From an uncultured Dehalococcoidaceae bacterium (GTDB lineage Bacteria; Chloroflexota; Dehalococcoidia; Dehalococcoidales; RBG-16-60-22): a DNA stretch of 64,000 bases. The translations under genes and the position numbers were made by a program. The notes below the pieces were generated by a model. It was not told the origin of the DNA. It was given only the letters and a program-made list of their open reading frames with translations, and did not search any database. The stretch covers positions 1,749-65,748 of the forward strand of contig CAYQZZ010000004.1 of the NCBI GenBank assembly GCA_964422155.1. The letters run 5' to 3'. Position 1 is the stretch's first letter. Each line of letters starts with the position of its first letter. Of the stretch, positions 20,403 through 30,084 are shown one piece after another.

Positions 20403-21926
20403 CTAATCTATCAGGACAAAAATCGGGCTATCGTTCAACTTCAGCGAAGCGGCATCGGTTACTCTCTCGGCTCCGGTGATGTCGATTACCCTGACTTCGC
20501 CAGCTATTGCGGCGGGCAGGGAGCCACCTCCCCAGAGGGCGTAAATGGTCCTGCCCTTGATACTGAATTTGTACTGGCCCTCCTCAATATGCCAACTGCC
20601 GACCCTTTCTCTGATTATTTCAACAGAGTCGCCTTTACCCAACTCACCCAGCATCAGGGCTACGGTAGCGTGTGCTTTGAAAAGCGCGGATTTCTCACCG
20701 TTGTTCTTTATTAGAGCCGACCGCTCATCAAAGGGTATGCCCGCATCGTAAAACGGCGGCATCCTGATATTCACGTAGAAAAGCTTAACAACGCCGTTGG
20801 CCAGGGCGAAGATATAGCTGCGGGCTAGTATTTTGGCGAAATCCTCATTGGAGAAGTTTTGTGTCTGCTGAGATTGCTGGAACTGCACCTCGGTTACCCA
20901 GATGGGCTTATCCTGGAGTCCGTTCCTGGCGAGGAACTGCTTGAAGGCGGGGATATTCAGGTGCTCGCCGTGGCCGATGGAATGCATATTCATAATATCA
21001 AGATAGGCGGCCCCACCCGTATCGAAGACCCCCTGCCAGAAATTCGTGCAAACGTCCATCATCCCCGCCATACCGCCCTGTACTACGTAAGCCTCGGGGT
21101 CGGCCTGCTTGACCGCTTCAGAGGTGGCCTGTAAAATCTCGCAGTAGTCAGCCGGGGTTCCCTGAAAGAAGACGAGGGGCTCTTCCTGAAACTCCGGCTC
21201 GTTCAGGACCTCCCAGTGTTTGATGGGGACGGTCAGGCCTGGCATGTCGTCGATGCCGTCGCCATCATATCGCTCCACCAGCTTGAGTATAAAGTTTTTG
21301 TACGCCGCCATATCGCAGGGCTTGCCCTTGGGCGTTTGGGAGACAGCGACTCCGGGTTTACCGGTGGGGGTTAAGTCCTGGTGGCATTTTACCTGGTCCC
21401 AGGCGGCAAAGGGCTGGAGGTTGGCCAGAATGTGCAGCCCGTAATCCTGTGCCTGTTTCACGTGTTGATCCGTTTCTTGGAAATCGAAGTGACCTGGCTC
21501 TTTTTCAATCCTGTCCCACTGGAACAGCTCAAAGAAGGGGCGGTCATAGACGCCGCCCGCTTCGCGTGCGGACTTAAAGTCCCACTGGGCCGGCATAAAG
21601 CCGAAGTGGCTCTCAAAAGTCTGTTTGAACTCCTCGGCTATGACGGTTGGCTTGGCCGATGGTGGGGGGGGCGGAGTCTCGGTTCGGGGAGCGGGTGCTG
21701 GCGCAACTGGCCCAGTGCCTTTGTTTTCCGGGATAGCCGGGTTAAAAGGCGTTTCTTCGGGAGTAGATACGGAAGGCGGGGTTGCCGGAGGATTTGGTGC
21801 CGGTGCCGCCGGTGGGGGAGAAGGAGCAGGTGCTGGTGCAGCGGTTGGAGCCGACTGACAGGCCAATGTAACTATTACGAGAACCAGAATGAGCCCCGCT
21901 AATGCACCGTGACAGTAAATTCTCAT
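20403..21926 (-). CDS. Secreted or lipoprotein clan GH-A (TIM-barrel) glycoside hydrolase with Pro/Ala-rich linker
   Basis: Signal peptide plus VTLAC lipobox. PAPAPSPPPAAPAPNPPATPP linker. HWEVLNEPEF (acid/base NEP) and IWVTEVQF (nucleophile TE). Confidence 0.68.
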   Translation of the reverse strand: MRIYCHGALAGLILVLVIVTLACQSAPTAAPAPAPSPPPAAPAPNPPATPPSVSTPEETPFNPAIPENKGTGPVAPAPAPRTETPPPPPSAKPTVIAEEFKQTFESHFGFMPAQWDFKSAREAGGVYDRPFFELFQWDRIEKEPGHFDFQETDQHVKQAQDYGLHILANLQPFAAWDQVKCHQDLTPTGKPGVAVSQTPKGKPCDMAAYKNFILKLVERYDGDGIDDMPGLTVPIKHWEVLNEPEFQEEPLVFFQGTPADYCEILQATSEAVKQADPEAYVVQGGMAGMMDVCTNFWQGVFDTGGAAYLDIMNMHSIGHGEHLNIPAFKQFLARNGLQDKPIWVTEVQFQQSQQTQNFSNEDFAKILARSYIFALANGVVKLFYVNIRMPPFYDAGIPFDERSALIKNNGEKSALFKAHATVALMLGELGKGDSVEIIRERVGSWHIEEGQYKFSIKGRTIYALWGGGSLPAAIAGEVRVIDITGAERVTDAASLKLNDSPIFVLID

Positions 21927-22110
21927 CCGTGTGCCACCTGTCCAATATAATGGACAACTGGCTATACTTTAACTCTTTATCGGGAATTTGTCAACCTTAG
22001 CTCCTGGTATCGGCATTACGGCTTCGAGGTTATAAAAGGCTTTTTATCCTTTTCAGACGAAGTTAATTCGTTTTATTGGATATGCTACTATTAGAGCATG
22101 GAGCAGGACG

Positions 22111-22875
22111 ATGTATCGACTGATTGATACCCATGCTCATCTTGAGGAGATGGAAGACCTAAAACGAGTTCTGGCCGACGCCAAAAAGGCCGGACTGATA
22201 GCCATAGTGGCCGTCGGCTCCGATATCGAATCGAATGCTAAAGTGCTAAAAATCTCCGAGGAGTATCAGGGCTTTGTTTACCCGGCGCTGGGCTGGCACC
22301 CCTTTTACATTAAAGAGTCGGAGATAGAGGCTAATCTGGAATTCATTAAAGCTAACGTAGAAAAAACCGTGGCGATAGGGGAGGTGGGACTTGATTACCA
22401 TAAGAGGGTGAGAGCCTCTGCCGATAAAGACCTGCAGAAGCGAGTGCTCCGGGAATTATTGAAGATAGCGAAAGACCATCGAAAACCGGCGCTGATTCAT
22501 TCCCGGTACGCCTGGCGGGATGCCCTGGATACGGTCGTCGAGGCAGGGCTGGAAAAAGCGGTGTTCCACTGGTACACGGGGACATCGAGCGTACTGCGGG
22601 ACATTGTAGACCGGGGATATTATATCTCGGTAACCACCGCCGTGGAGTACCACGAGGAGCACCGGCGGGCAGTGAAAGAAGTCCCACTGGAAAGAATGCT
22701 CCTGGAGACGGACTCACCGGTGGAGTATCAGAGGGGCAGGGAAAACGAGTATAAATCAAGTCCGGCGGATGTGGCGCGGTCTTTAAGGGGGGCGGCAGCG
22801 TTAAAGGGCATAACCGAGGCTGAAATAGCGGAAGCGACCACTGAGAATGCAAAGAGGCTTTTTGGGATGGGATAA
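22111..22875 (+). CDS. tatD: TatD-family metal-dependent hydrolase
   Basis: LIDTHAHL, GEVGLDY, HSR, LETDSP motifs. Confidence 0.9.
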   Translation: MYRLIDTHAHLEEMEDLKRVLADAKKAGLIAIVAVGSDIESNAKVLKISEEYQGFVYPALGWHPFYIKESEIEANLEFIKANVEKTVAIGEVGLDYHKRVRASADKDLQKRVLRELLKIAKDHRKPALIHSRYAWRDALDTVVEAGLEKAVFHWYTGTSSVLRDIVDRGYYISVTTAVEYHEEHRRAVKEVPLERMLLETDSPVEYQRGRENEYKSSPADVARSLRGAAALKGITEAEIAEATTENAKRLFGMG

Positions 22876-22898
22876 CTTAGGTAATATCTGTAAATTTC

Positions 22899-23549
22899 AT
22901 GTGTTTTATTTATAGTGATGGACACAGAATAGAACGATTTGGAGACAATTTGACTAAAACACTGGAAGAAAATCGCCGCCGCCTGTTTTCACTGGACGCA
23001 AAGTTGAGGGCGGAAGCAGACCGGATACTTGAGCAATCAGGAATAGGCATTATCATACGTGAAGAGGGTTTCAAGCCTGTCGGCTCATATATTATGAGGA
23101 CCATGACCTGGCGAAATCTTGATTTTGAGAGAACCGATGACCAGCCCGACTGGCAGCGGCACTGGACGCTGGGATTAAAATTAGCACATACCGGATGGGC
23201 CTGGCGTCTTCGCTGTCTGAATGCTTATCGTGAACCAGGCGGCACTGACAAAGGGTTGTACTGGGGTATATGGGTAAATAATCCGGCCGGCGGGGATACC
23301 TGGAAAATCGACCTGTGGACGGCGAGGCCCGAGGAATTTGAACTCGGCTCTCCTAGACGTTCTCTATGGATGAGTAGATTGACCGAAGACTCCAGATATC
23401 ACATCCTGGTAATTAAAGAAGCAGTGTGTAATTTACCTGAATACCATAAGAGACTTTTGTCGGCGCACATATACGAAGCCGTGCTGGAGCATGGTGTCCG
23501 CAGTATTGATGAATTCTGGGATTGGTGGAAAAAGAATTACGGAAAATAA
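22899..23549 (+). CDS. Hypothetical protein
   Basis: 216-aa ORF with coding-like composition and no family I can name. The true start may be internal. Confidence 0.45.
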   Translation: MCFIYSDGHRIERFGDNLTKTLEENRRRLFSLDAKLRAEADRILEQSGIGIIIREEGFKPVGSYIMRTMTWRNLDFERTDDQPDWQRHWTLGLKLAHTGWAWRLRCLNAYREPGGTDKGLYWGIWVNNPAGGDTWKIDLWTARPEEFELGSPRRSLWMSRLTEDSRYHILVIKEAVCNLPEYHKRLLSAHIYEAVLEHGVRSIDEFWDWWKKNYGK

Positions 23550-23569
23550 ATTCCGCACTAATTATTCTT

Positions 23570-24925
23570 TCATAAAGAGCCAGCCCGTTGCTGCATCCTG
23601 TATTCCCGGTAGATGAATGCGAATGATACTATCAAGCCTAAAATATCCGAAGCCGGCGATGTCAACCAGACACCAGTGAGACCGAAAAGATGACGGAGAA
23701 GGAAAAGTAGCGGGACAAATACGATAAACTGGCGAATAAGGGATAAAACTAGCGCTATTCTGCCTTTGGACAGCCCCTGGAAGGTAGTAACAATCATGAT
23801 ACTCGGTCCGATAAGCACCATCGTGGCAAGCATTATTCTCATGGCAGGCACCGTTACCGAAAGAAATTCCGCGTCTTTACTAAAGATACCGATAATCTGA
23901 GGTGCAAAAGCTTCAATCAGGGCGGTAATAACCAAAAGCAGAAGGACGATACCTATTGAAGCCAGTTTTAACGCTCGCCATAAACGTTTGAAGTTACGGG
24001 ACCCGAAGCAGAAGCCGATGATAGGCAGCAATCCGTTGGATACGCCCATAACCGGCATGTAAGCAAAATCAGAAATCCGCATTACGATACCGACAGCGGC
24101 AATAGCGAGCGAACCAAAAGAAGATACCAGGATGTTAAACAACATAAAGGCCAGGCTTTCCGTGATTTGAAGTATCGCTGACGGAGCACCGACGCGGTAA
24201 ATATCACGCAAGATTGACATATCAGGGCGAAGGTAGGAGGCTTTTATCCGGAAAGCTGTTTTTTGGGCGAAGAAGTAGTACAAGCCCAGTAAAGCCCCGC
24301 AGGACTGGGCGATAACCGTGGCCCAGGCAGCTCCGCGAACGTCCATTTGAGGGAAAGGCCCGATACCGAGAATCATGAAAGGGTCCAGAATAATATTAAT
24401 GATGGTGCCTGAAATCATGATAATCATTGGTTTTACGGCGTCGCCGGAACCGCGGATAAGGCTACTCATCACCATTGCCAGAATCATAAGGGGCGCCCCG
24501 TAAGAGGTGATTACAAAGTACTGTTTACTATATTCCATAATGTCCGGCGTGGCGCCTATTGCGGGAAGGATGCTATCTGAGAAAAGAACAGCCACCATCA
24601 TAAAGAGCAAGCCCCAGAATACGCTGATGAAAAATATCTGTCCGGCAACGTGATTGGTGAATTCGATGTTGCGTTCGCCGAAGCGGCGGGAAACAAGCGC
24701 GCTAATGCCGATGCCGGTGCCGCCGCCAATCGCATAAAACAGAATCTGGTAGGGGAAAACTATCGTTAACGCGGCAATAGCCTCGTGACCCAACCTGGCA
24801 ACCCAGAGGGTGTTGACGATATTATAAAGGCTCGTCGTTATCGTTGAGGCTATACCGGGCAGGCTCAAAGCAATAAGTAGTCTGCCTAACGGCGCAGAGC
24901 CTAAACGCTCGGTATATTTTTTCAT
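23570..24925 (-). CDS. MATE-family efflux transporter
   Basis: 451 aa, 12 predicted helices, MATE-type N-terminus (PLGRLLIALSLPGIASTITTSLYNIVNTLWVARLG). Confidence 0.9.
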   Translation of the reverse strand: MKKYTERLGSAPLGRLLIALSLPGIASTITTSLYNIVNTLWVARLGHEAIAALTIVFPYQILFYAIGGGTGIGISALVSRRFGERNIEFTNHVAGQIFFISVFWGLLFMMVAVLFSDSILPAIGATPDIMEYSKQYFVITSYGAPLMILAMVMSSLIRGSGDAVKPMIIMISGTIINIILDPFMILGIGPFPQMDVRGAAWATVIAQSCGALLGLYYFFAQKTAFRIKASYLRPDMSILRDIYRVGAPSAILQITESLAFMLFNILVSSFGSLAIAAVGIVMRISDFAYMPVMGVSNGLLPIIGFCFGSRNFKRLWRALKLASIGIVLLLLVITALIEAFAPQIIGIFSKDAEFLSVTVPAMRIMLATMVLIGPSIMIVTTFQGLSKGRIALVLSLIRQFIVFVPLLFLLRHLFGLTGVWLTSPASDILGLIVSFAFIYREYRMQQRAGSL

Positions 24926-25120
24926 TCATTCATCCTGTTATATATTGCTGTACGGATCGTTAGATAAATAATGAGAAAAAAGCCGCAGTCCCACAACGTG
25001 CTGGTTGCTGAAAGGCCTATCGGTCTAAAGGACGGAAGAATTGCTCCCGGGTCCTCAACCGTATCAACTGTATGTCACTCCAGCTTTAAATGCTGGATTA
25101 AAGCAATTGGATATCGATAA

Positions 25121-25336
25121 CTATTCCTTCTCAGGTCTATCTCTGTCATCCCAGGGAGTACAGCAGCCGAACCAACGCCAGGGCCGGCGCCGGAACGTTC
25201 TGCCAAAAAGGAAGGATAGCCCCAGAACTATCAGGATAGCAGGCCAGACGTAACTCCAGATTGACCCGGTAAGCGCCCCGGTTTTTACCAGCAGGGCGAT
25301 GACGCCGATAGCCACCAGAATAAGCCCGAAGAACAT
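25121..25336 (-). CDS. Small membrane protein (LiaF-N/DUF5668-like)
   Basis: 71 aa, two hydrophobic helices followed by a basic/Trp-rich tail. Confidence 0.45.
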   Translation of the reverse strand: MFFGLILVAIGVIALLVKTGALTGSIWSYVWPAILIVLGLSFLFGRTFRRRPWRWFGCCTPWDDRDRPEKE

Positions 25337-25390
25337 ATTCCCCTCCTTTTAGCCACCAGGTTTTAACTGGCAGCAGGTTAAATCGAGACT

Positions 25391-25576
25391 CTACTTCCCC
25401 ATTACTTCCGCCGCATCGCTGATGTCTATTTCCAGCATTTTTACGTTAGCCAGAATACGGTCGGCGTTTTTATCGACCGCCGGAATACCGCCGGAAATTT
25501 CTTTCAGCGCCTCGGCATTCCTCCGCAGAGCCTTGATTTTTGTCACCATTCCTTTGATATCGTATTCCTGCGCCAT
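25391..25576 (-). CDS. Hypothetical small protein
   Basis: 61-aa helical-looking ORF with AGGAG-like RBS context. No family recognised. Confidence 0.4.
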   Translation of the reverse strand: MAQEYDIKGMVTKIKALRRNAEALKEISGGIPAVDKNADRILANVKMLEIDISDAAEVMGK

Positions 25577-25600
25577 TTTCTTTCTCCTAAAGCCTTTTCT

Positions 25601-25693
25601 GTCATTCTGAGTCCCGATGTAATCGGGGCGAAGAATCCGTCTATCCAGTATGGGGGACGGATTCTTCAGTCGCTTCGCTCCTTCAAGAATGAC
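25601..25693 (+). repeat. Family-P nested-palindrome element, copy P1 (gtcattctga...aagaatgac)
   Basis: Outer inverted repeat gtcattct/agaatgac. Inner hairpins cccgat-gta-atcggg and gaagaatccgtc...gacggattcttc. Lies just beyond the paaK stop. Confidence 0.7.
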
Positions 25694-25708
25694 AGTAATA
25701 AAATACTT

Positions 25709-27034
25709 CTAGTGCGGCCTGAGGTCCTGGAACCGCCGGCTCTTGGCCTGGGACCGGGGCAGGCTCTCATACTCGTGAAACTCTATATTATAGCCCAGGT
25801 TGGTCTTTAACCGGAGCTGGTCGGTCAACTTCGCCCTGATGGCGGCCTCGTCCTTCTTATATTCAGGGAGGATTTCTACTTTCAACGTGATATCGTCGAT
25901 ATCGCCCTTCTTGGTAACGACCACCTGGTACTCTTGGCTTAGCTGTGGTATGTCCCGCACCACTTCCTCGATGGCCGCCGGCGAAAGCAGCACGCCCTTG
26001 ACCTTGGTGATATCGTCGGCGCGCCCCTGGATGCCGCCTTCGAGTATACGGTAGGTCCGCCCGCAATCGCATTTCCGGGCATTCCACTGGATTAAGTCCT
26101 TCACATCGAACCTGATGCACGGCTGGGCCATCCGATTAAAGGTGGTTACCACCATCTTTCCCTTCCTGCCAGGCTCGTCAATGGATTCCCCCGTGTTCAC
26201 GTCTTCTATCTCCACCAGGAAGAAGCCTTCGTTGACGTGCAGGCCGGCCTGGTAACGGCACTCCCAGCCCCAGTGGCCGATTTCCGTGCTGCCTACCTGG
26301 TCGAAGACTTTGGCACCCCAGGCTTCCTCCATTCTTTTCCGGGTAGCCGGGATACTGCCCCCGGGCTCGCCGGCGACCGTTATTTTCCTGATAAACAGGT
26401 CTTTGGGCGGGTCTATGCCCATCTTCCTGGCTGTCTCGGCCATGCCCAGGACATAGGTCGGCGTGGCGCCCATGGCCGTGGCTTTAAGCTCCTGCATCTT
26501 CAAGATGCGCGCCTCGGTGTTGAGGACGCCGCCGGGAATCACCTCGCACCCCAGCTTCTCGCCGGCATAATGGTAAGCCCAGAAGGCAATAAAAATGTTA
26601 TAGCCGAAGGGCACAAAAAGCCGGTCTTTAGCCCGGTAACCTTGGGCGTACAGGGCATAGCAATAGGACTCGGTGCTGTATTCCCAGTCCTGCCAGGTAT
26701 CCGCCTGGTAAATCGGCTGTCCCGTCGTACCGCTGGTCTGGCGATAGGCCGTCACCTGTTCCAGGGGCACGGATAGAATATCTCCGTAGGGGAAGGGGTC
26801 CTTCCCCTGGATGCTTCGCATCATGGACTTTTCTATCTTGGGCACTTTTTTAATGTCCTCGAATTTCTTTATATCGCCGGGTGCGATGCCGGCGTCGCTG
26901 TAGAGCTTGTGATAGAACTTGGAATGCTCGTAGGCCCAGGTAAAAATTTCCTTGAATTTCTTAAGTTGCAGCTGCTGTAGTTTTTCCCGGGGCATTGTTT
27001 CCAGAACGGGATTCCAGTATTCGCTGTTATTCAT
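25709..27034 (-). CDS. Phenylacetate-CoA ligase family (PaaK / F390 synthetase-like)
   Basis: 441 aa, TSGTTGQP AMP-binding motif, PaaK-like N- and C-terminal domains. Confidence 0.87.
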   Translation of the reverse strand: MNNSEYWNPVLETMPREKLQQLQLKKFKEIFTWAYEHSKFYHKLYSDAGIAPGDIKKFEDIKKVPKIEKSMMRSIQGKDPFPYGDILSVPLEQVTAYRQTSGTTGQPIYQADTWQDWEYSTESYCYALYAQGYRAKDRLFVPFGYNIFIAFWAYHYAGEKLGCEVIPGGVLNTEARILKMQELKATAMGATPTYVLGMAETARKMGIDPPKDLFIRKITVAGEPGGSIPATRKRMEEAWGAKVFDQVGSTEIGHWGWECRYQAGLHVNEGFFLVEIEDVNTGESIDEPGRKGKMVVTTFNRMAQPCIRFDVKDLIQWNARKCDCGRTYRILEGGIQGRADDITKVKGVLLSPAAIEEVVRDIPQLSQEYQVVVTKKGDIDDITLKVEILPEYKKDEAAIRAKLTDQLRLKTNLGYNIEFHEYESLPRSQAKSRRFQDLRPH

Positions 27035-27155
27035 AATGAACTACCTCTTCTAGCTTTAGGATTTCAGTCGGGGGCTGAAACGACATCGACCACCTATAAA
27101 TATACTCAAAATCAAGCGGTATTAGCAAATAAAGTAACGGAGAGTGTTTATAGAT

Positions 27156-27248
27156 GTCATTCTGAAAGAGTCCCGACTATGTCGGGACGACTGAAGAATC
27201 CGTCTTTAAGGGGAATGGTTACGGATTCTTCGCTTCGCTCAGAATGAC
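27156..27248 (+). repeat. Family-P element, copy P2
   Basis: Same architecture and orientation as P1 (gtcattctgaaagagtcccgac...gaagaatccgtc...acggattcttc...ctcagaatgac). Lies upstream of the paaK start. Confidence 0.7.
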
Positions 27249-27386
27249 AATAATAAACAAAGTAAATATGAGAAGGCAGTTCTCAATTAAATGCGAAAGT
27301 GGCATATTTGTTCTATATGGAACAAAACACGACCGTTATATATGCTCAGTAATAACGTATTGAAGACTGGTCGACTGTAATATTTA

Positions 27387-27415
27387 TTGACAAAGGCAGA
27401 AAGCCGTTATAAAAT
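27387..27415 (+). promoter_or_regulatory. Sigma70-like promoter of marR
   Basis: TTGACA, 17-nt spacer, TAAAAT. The TTG that the ORF track uses as a start codon is the -35 hexamer. Confidence 0.5.
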
Positions 27416-27449
27416 TATTCTAGATGGAACATATTTCATCTTTTTTAAT

Positions 27450-27968
27450 ATGATTACTGAATCGAAAAACCACACGACCACCGGCGAAGTAAGCAAGAGA
27501 ACTGATAAGACCCCTTTAGGCACTTTATTATCCATCCTTACGTCATTCGAGGTGCTGGCGCGATATCTTGAAGTCGAGCTAAAGCGCCACGAAGCCAGCC
27601 TTATCCGCTTCAACATTATGAGTACCCTGTTTAAAAACGGCGGCGAGATGACGCCATCGGAAATTGCGGAGAGCGTCTTTCGGGAGAAGAATTCGATTAC
27701 GGCGGTGATAAATACCCTGGAGAGACAGGGAGTTGTCCGCCGAGAACCGTCTCCCGACGACCGGAGGTCGGTGAAGGTTGTCATCACCGATAAAGGCTGG
27801 AAGGAAGCCAATCGGTTAAGCCCCATTGCCCAGGAGTTAAGCCGCGAGGCGTTGTCCTGCATGGACAAAGAGCAAATTGAGGGTTTAGTCGACAGTATGA
27901 GGACGCTCAGGGAAAGCCTGCTGCCCAGAATCGCTAAATCGTCGGGAAACGGAAAACGTCATTTATAG
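27450..27968 (+). CDS. MarR-family transcriptional regulator
   Basis: Winged-helix pattern MTPSEIAESVFREKNSITAVINTLERQGVVRREPSPDDRRSVKVVITDKG. Start at the first in-frame ATG after the promoter. Confidence 0.8.
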   Translation: MITESKNHTTTGEVSKRTDKTPLGTLLSILTSFEVLARYLEVELKRHEASLIRFNIMSTLFKNGGEMTPSEIAESVFREKNSITAVINTLERQGVVRREPSPDDRRSVKVVITDKGWKEANRLSPIAQELSREALSCMDKEQIEGLVDSMRTLRESLLPRIAKSSGNGKRHL

Positions 27969-28048
27969 TCTTTAACGAGAATCGTGGTTTCACAGCGGAA
28001 CCGGAGTAACATTGCGCTGAATACGAATAAAGAGGGGATTATGCAACT

Positions 28049-28597
28049 GTGAAAGAGATAAGGATTCACGGGCGAGGCGGGCAGGGAGCCGTTCTGGCAG
28101 CTAGGATGCTGGCCAGCGCTTTCGTGACCGAGGGCAAGTACGTGGCCAGCTTTCCCATGTACGGTTTCGAAAGGCGCGGCGCGCCGGTGGTGGCTTTCAC
28201 CCGCATTGATGACAAGCCCATTCGGGAAAAAACACAAATTTACAATCCTGATTGCCTGATAGTCATTGACCCTGGACTGTTAACTCTACCAACGCTTTTC
28301 ACAGGGTTAAGGCCGGAGTCAGCCTTCATTCTCAATAGCCCCAAAAAGCTGCCCAAACAGCCCAACGAAAACCTGAAGATAGGCGGAGTGGTCAATGCTA
28401 CCGGCATCGCTGTGCAGGAAATCGGCCGTGACATTCCCAATACCTGCCTTTTGGGGGCTTTTGCTGCCGCGACCGGCTGGCTGGAACTGAAGTCGATACT
28501 TGCCTGCCTGCCGGACTATCTCAGCGGCGATATCCTTCAGAGAAATCTGAAGAGTGCCGAGAGAGGCTACAAGGAAGTGGAGGTAACCAAATGGTAA
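28049..28597 (+). CDS. 2-oxoacid:ferredoxin oxidoreductase, gamma subunit
   Basis: IRIHGRGGQGAVLAARMLA signature. GTG start with a Shine-Dalgarno sequence. Confidence 0.85.
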   Translation: MKEIRIHGRGGQGAVLAARMLASAFVTEGKYVASFPMYGFERRGAPVVAFTRIDDKPIREKTQIYNPDCLIVIDPGLLTLPTLFTGLRPESAFILNSPKKLPKQPNENLKIGGVVNATGIAVQEIGRDIPNTCLLGAFAAATGWLELKSILACLPDYLSGDILQRNLKSAERGYKEVEVTKW

Positions 28598-28881
28598 TAA
28601 AGCATAAAAATCTTTTTAAGACGGAAAATGCCTGGTCCAATGCAGATGAGTTACTTCTCTGCCTGGATACCGGCAGCTGGCGTACGGAGAGGCCGGTGCT
28701 GGACAAGGAGAAATGTAATTACTGCGGCCTTTGCGCCCTCTACTGTCCCCCGCAGTGCATGACGGATAAAGGCGACCATTTCGAGCCCAACCTGGCTTAT
28801 TGCAAAGGCTGCGGAATCTGCGCTCATGAGTGCCCGCGCGGCTCTCTGACCATGGTTCCGGAAGGAGAGTTCGCAAAATGA
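28591..28881 (+). CDS. 2-oxoacid:ferredoxin oxidoreductase, delta (2x[4Fe-4S]) subunit
   Basis: CNYCGLCALYCP and CKGCGICAHECP. Confidence 0.85.
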   Translation: MVIKHKNLFKTENAWSNADELLLCLDTGSWRTERPVLDKEKCNYCGLCALYCPPQCMTDKGDHFEPNLAYCKGCGICAHECPRGSLTMVPEGEFAK

Positions 28882-30071
28882 AGGCTAAAAAGGGTCAGGT
28901 TAAAGTAATGACGGGCAACGCTGCCGCCGCCTATGCTGCCATGCTGTGCCGGCCGGATGTAGCTACTTCTTATCCCATAACGCCCATGAGCGAGGTGGCG
29001 GAGCAGCTCTCCACCTTCCATGCCGACGGTGTTCTGGATGCGGAGATGGTGGAGGTCGAGGGGGAAAACTCAGCCATGAACGTCGTAGCCGCCGCCAGCA
29101 TTGCCGGAGGCCGGGCTTTTACGGCTACTTCTTCCTGGGGCCTGGTGTTCATGTATGACGCTCTACTTCAAGCCGCCGGCTTCAGAGCACCGGTGGTGAT
29201 GGCTATCGCCAACCGCGAGACACCGGGCATCCTGGCGGTCTCTTCCGGCCAGCAGGACATTATCGCCACCAGGGATTCGGGATGGATACAGATAATAGTT
29301 GAGAACTGCCAGGAAATCCTTGACCAGATTATCATGGCTTTCCGGCTGGCAGAAGACTACGATATTCAGCTGCCGGTAATGGTGAACTACGATGGTTTTT
29401 ACCTTTCCTATCTTTCTGAAGCAGTGGAAATTCCCGCTATTGAAGACGTGGATAAATTCCTGGCCCCCCTGAAACAGCAGCCGCAGCGGATGAAGCTAAG
29501 GCCGGGAGTGCCCCTGGGCGCCGGCACCCACGGCATCGAGATAGGATTCATGGAGCTACGCTATAAGCATTGCCAAGCCCTGCTGCGGGCGCTTAAAAAG
29601 GTAGATGAAATAGATGCGGAGTTCAAGCAGTTTTTCGGGCGCGGTTACGGAGGGCAGATAGATGAATACCGCACCGAGGATGCGGAGATAGTTATACTGA
29701 CCTCGGGGGGCGCTGCCGGGACAGCCAAGGCAGTGGTTGACACCAAGAGGGCGGAAGGGGTGAAGGTGGGCCTGGTTAAACTAAGACTTTTCCGTCCTTT
29801 CCCCCATGAGAGGCTGGTCAAAGCTCTTAAGGGGAAAAAAGCCATCGGGGTCATCGACCGCAGCGTGTCTTTCGGCTGGAACGGCGGCCCCATATTTACG
29901 GAGGTAAAGGTACTTTCCCGGGAAATCGGCTCCATGCCCATACTAAGCTATATCGATGGCCTGGCTAATATGGATATAACCATACCACATATCGAGAGAG
30001 TAGTAGACGAAGTAAGTGCCGCCGCACAGGGCAAACCTTACCAGGAGGTTACCTGGATACCCTTAGAGTAG
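28878..30071 (+). CDS. 2-oxoacid:ferredoxin oxidoreductase, alpha subunit
   Basis: MTGNAAAAYAAMLCRPDVATSYPITP. The start MKAKKGQVKV overlaps the delta stop by 4 nt. Confidence 0.87.
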   Translation: MKAKKGQVKVMTGNAAAAYAAMLCRPDVATSYPITPMSEVAEQLSTFHADGVLDAEMVEVEGENSAMNVVAAASIAGGRAFTATSSWGLVFMYDALLQAAGFRAPVVMAIANRETPGILAVSSGQQDIIATRDSGWIQIIVENCQEILDQIIMAFRLAEDYDIQLPVMVNYDGFYLSYLSEAVEIPAIEDVDKFLAPLKQQPQRMKLRPGVPLGAGTHGIEIGFMELRYKHCQALLRALKKVDEIDAEFKQFFGRGYGGQIDEYRTEDAEIVILTSGGAAGTAKAVVDTKRAEGVKVGLVKLRLFRPFPHERLVKALKGKKAIGVIDRSVSFGWNGGPIFTEVKVLSREIGSMPILSYIDGLANMDITIPHIERVVDEVSAAAQGKPYQEVTWIPLE

Positions 30072-30084
30072 TGAGGAAAGAAAG

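Noticed and set aside
27387-27449. A TTG start for the MarR ORF at 27387.
   Set aside because: That TTG is the first half of a TTGACA -35 hexamer spaced 17 nt from TAAAAT. The 21 extra residues are not MarR-like.
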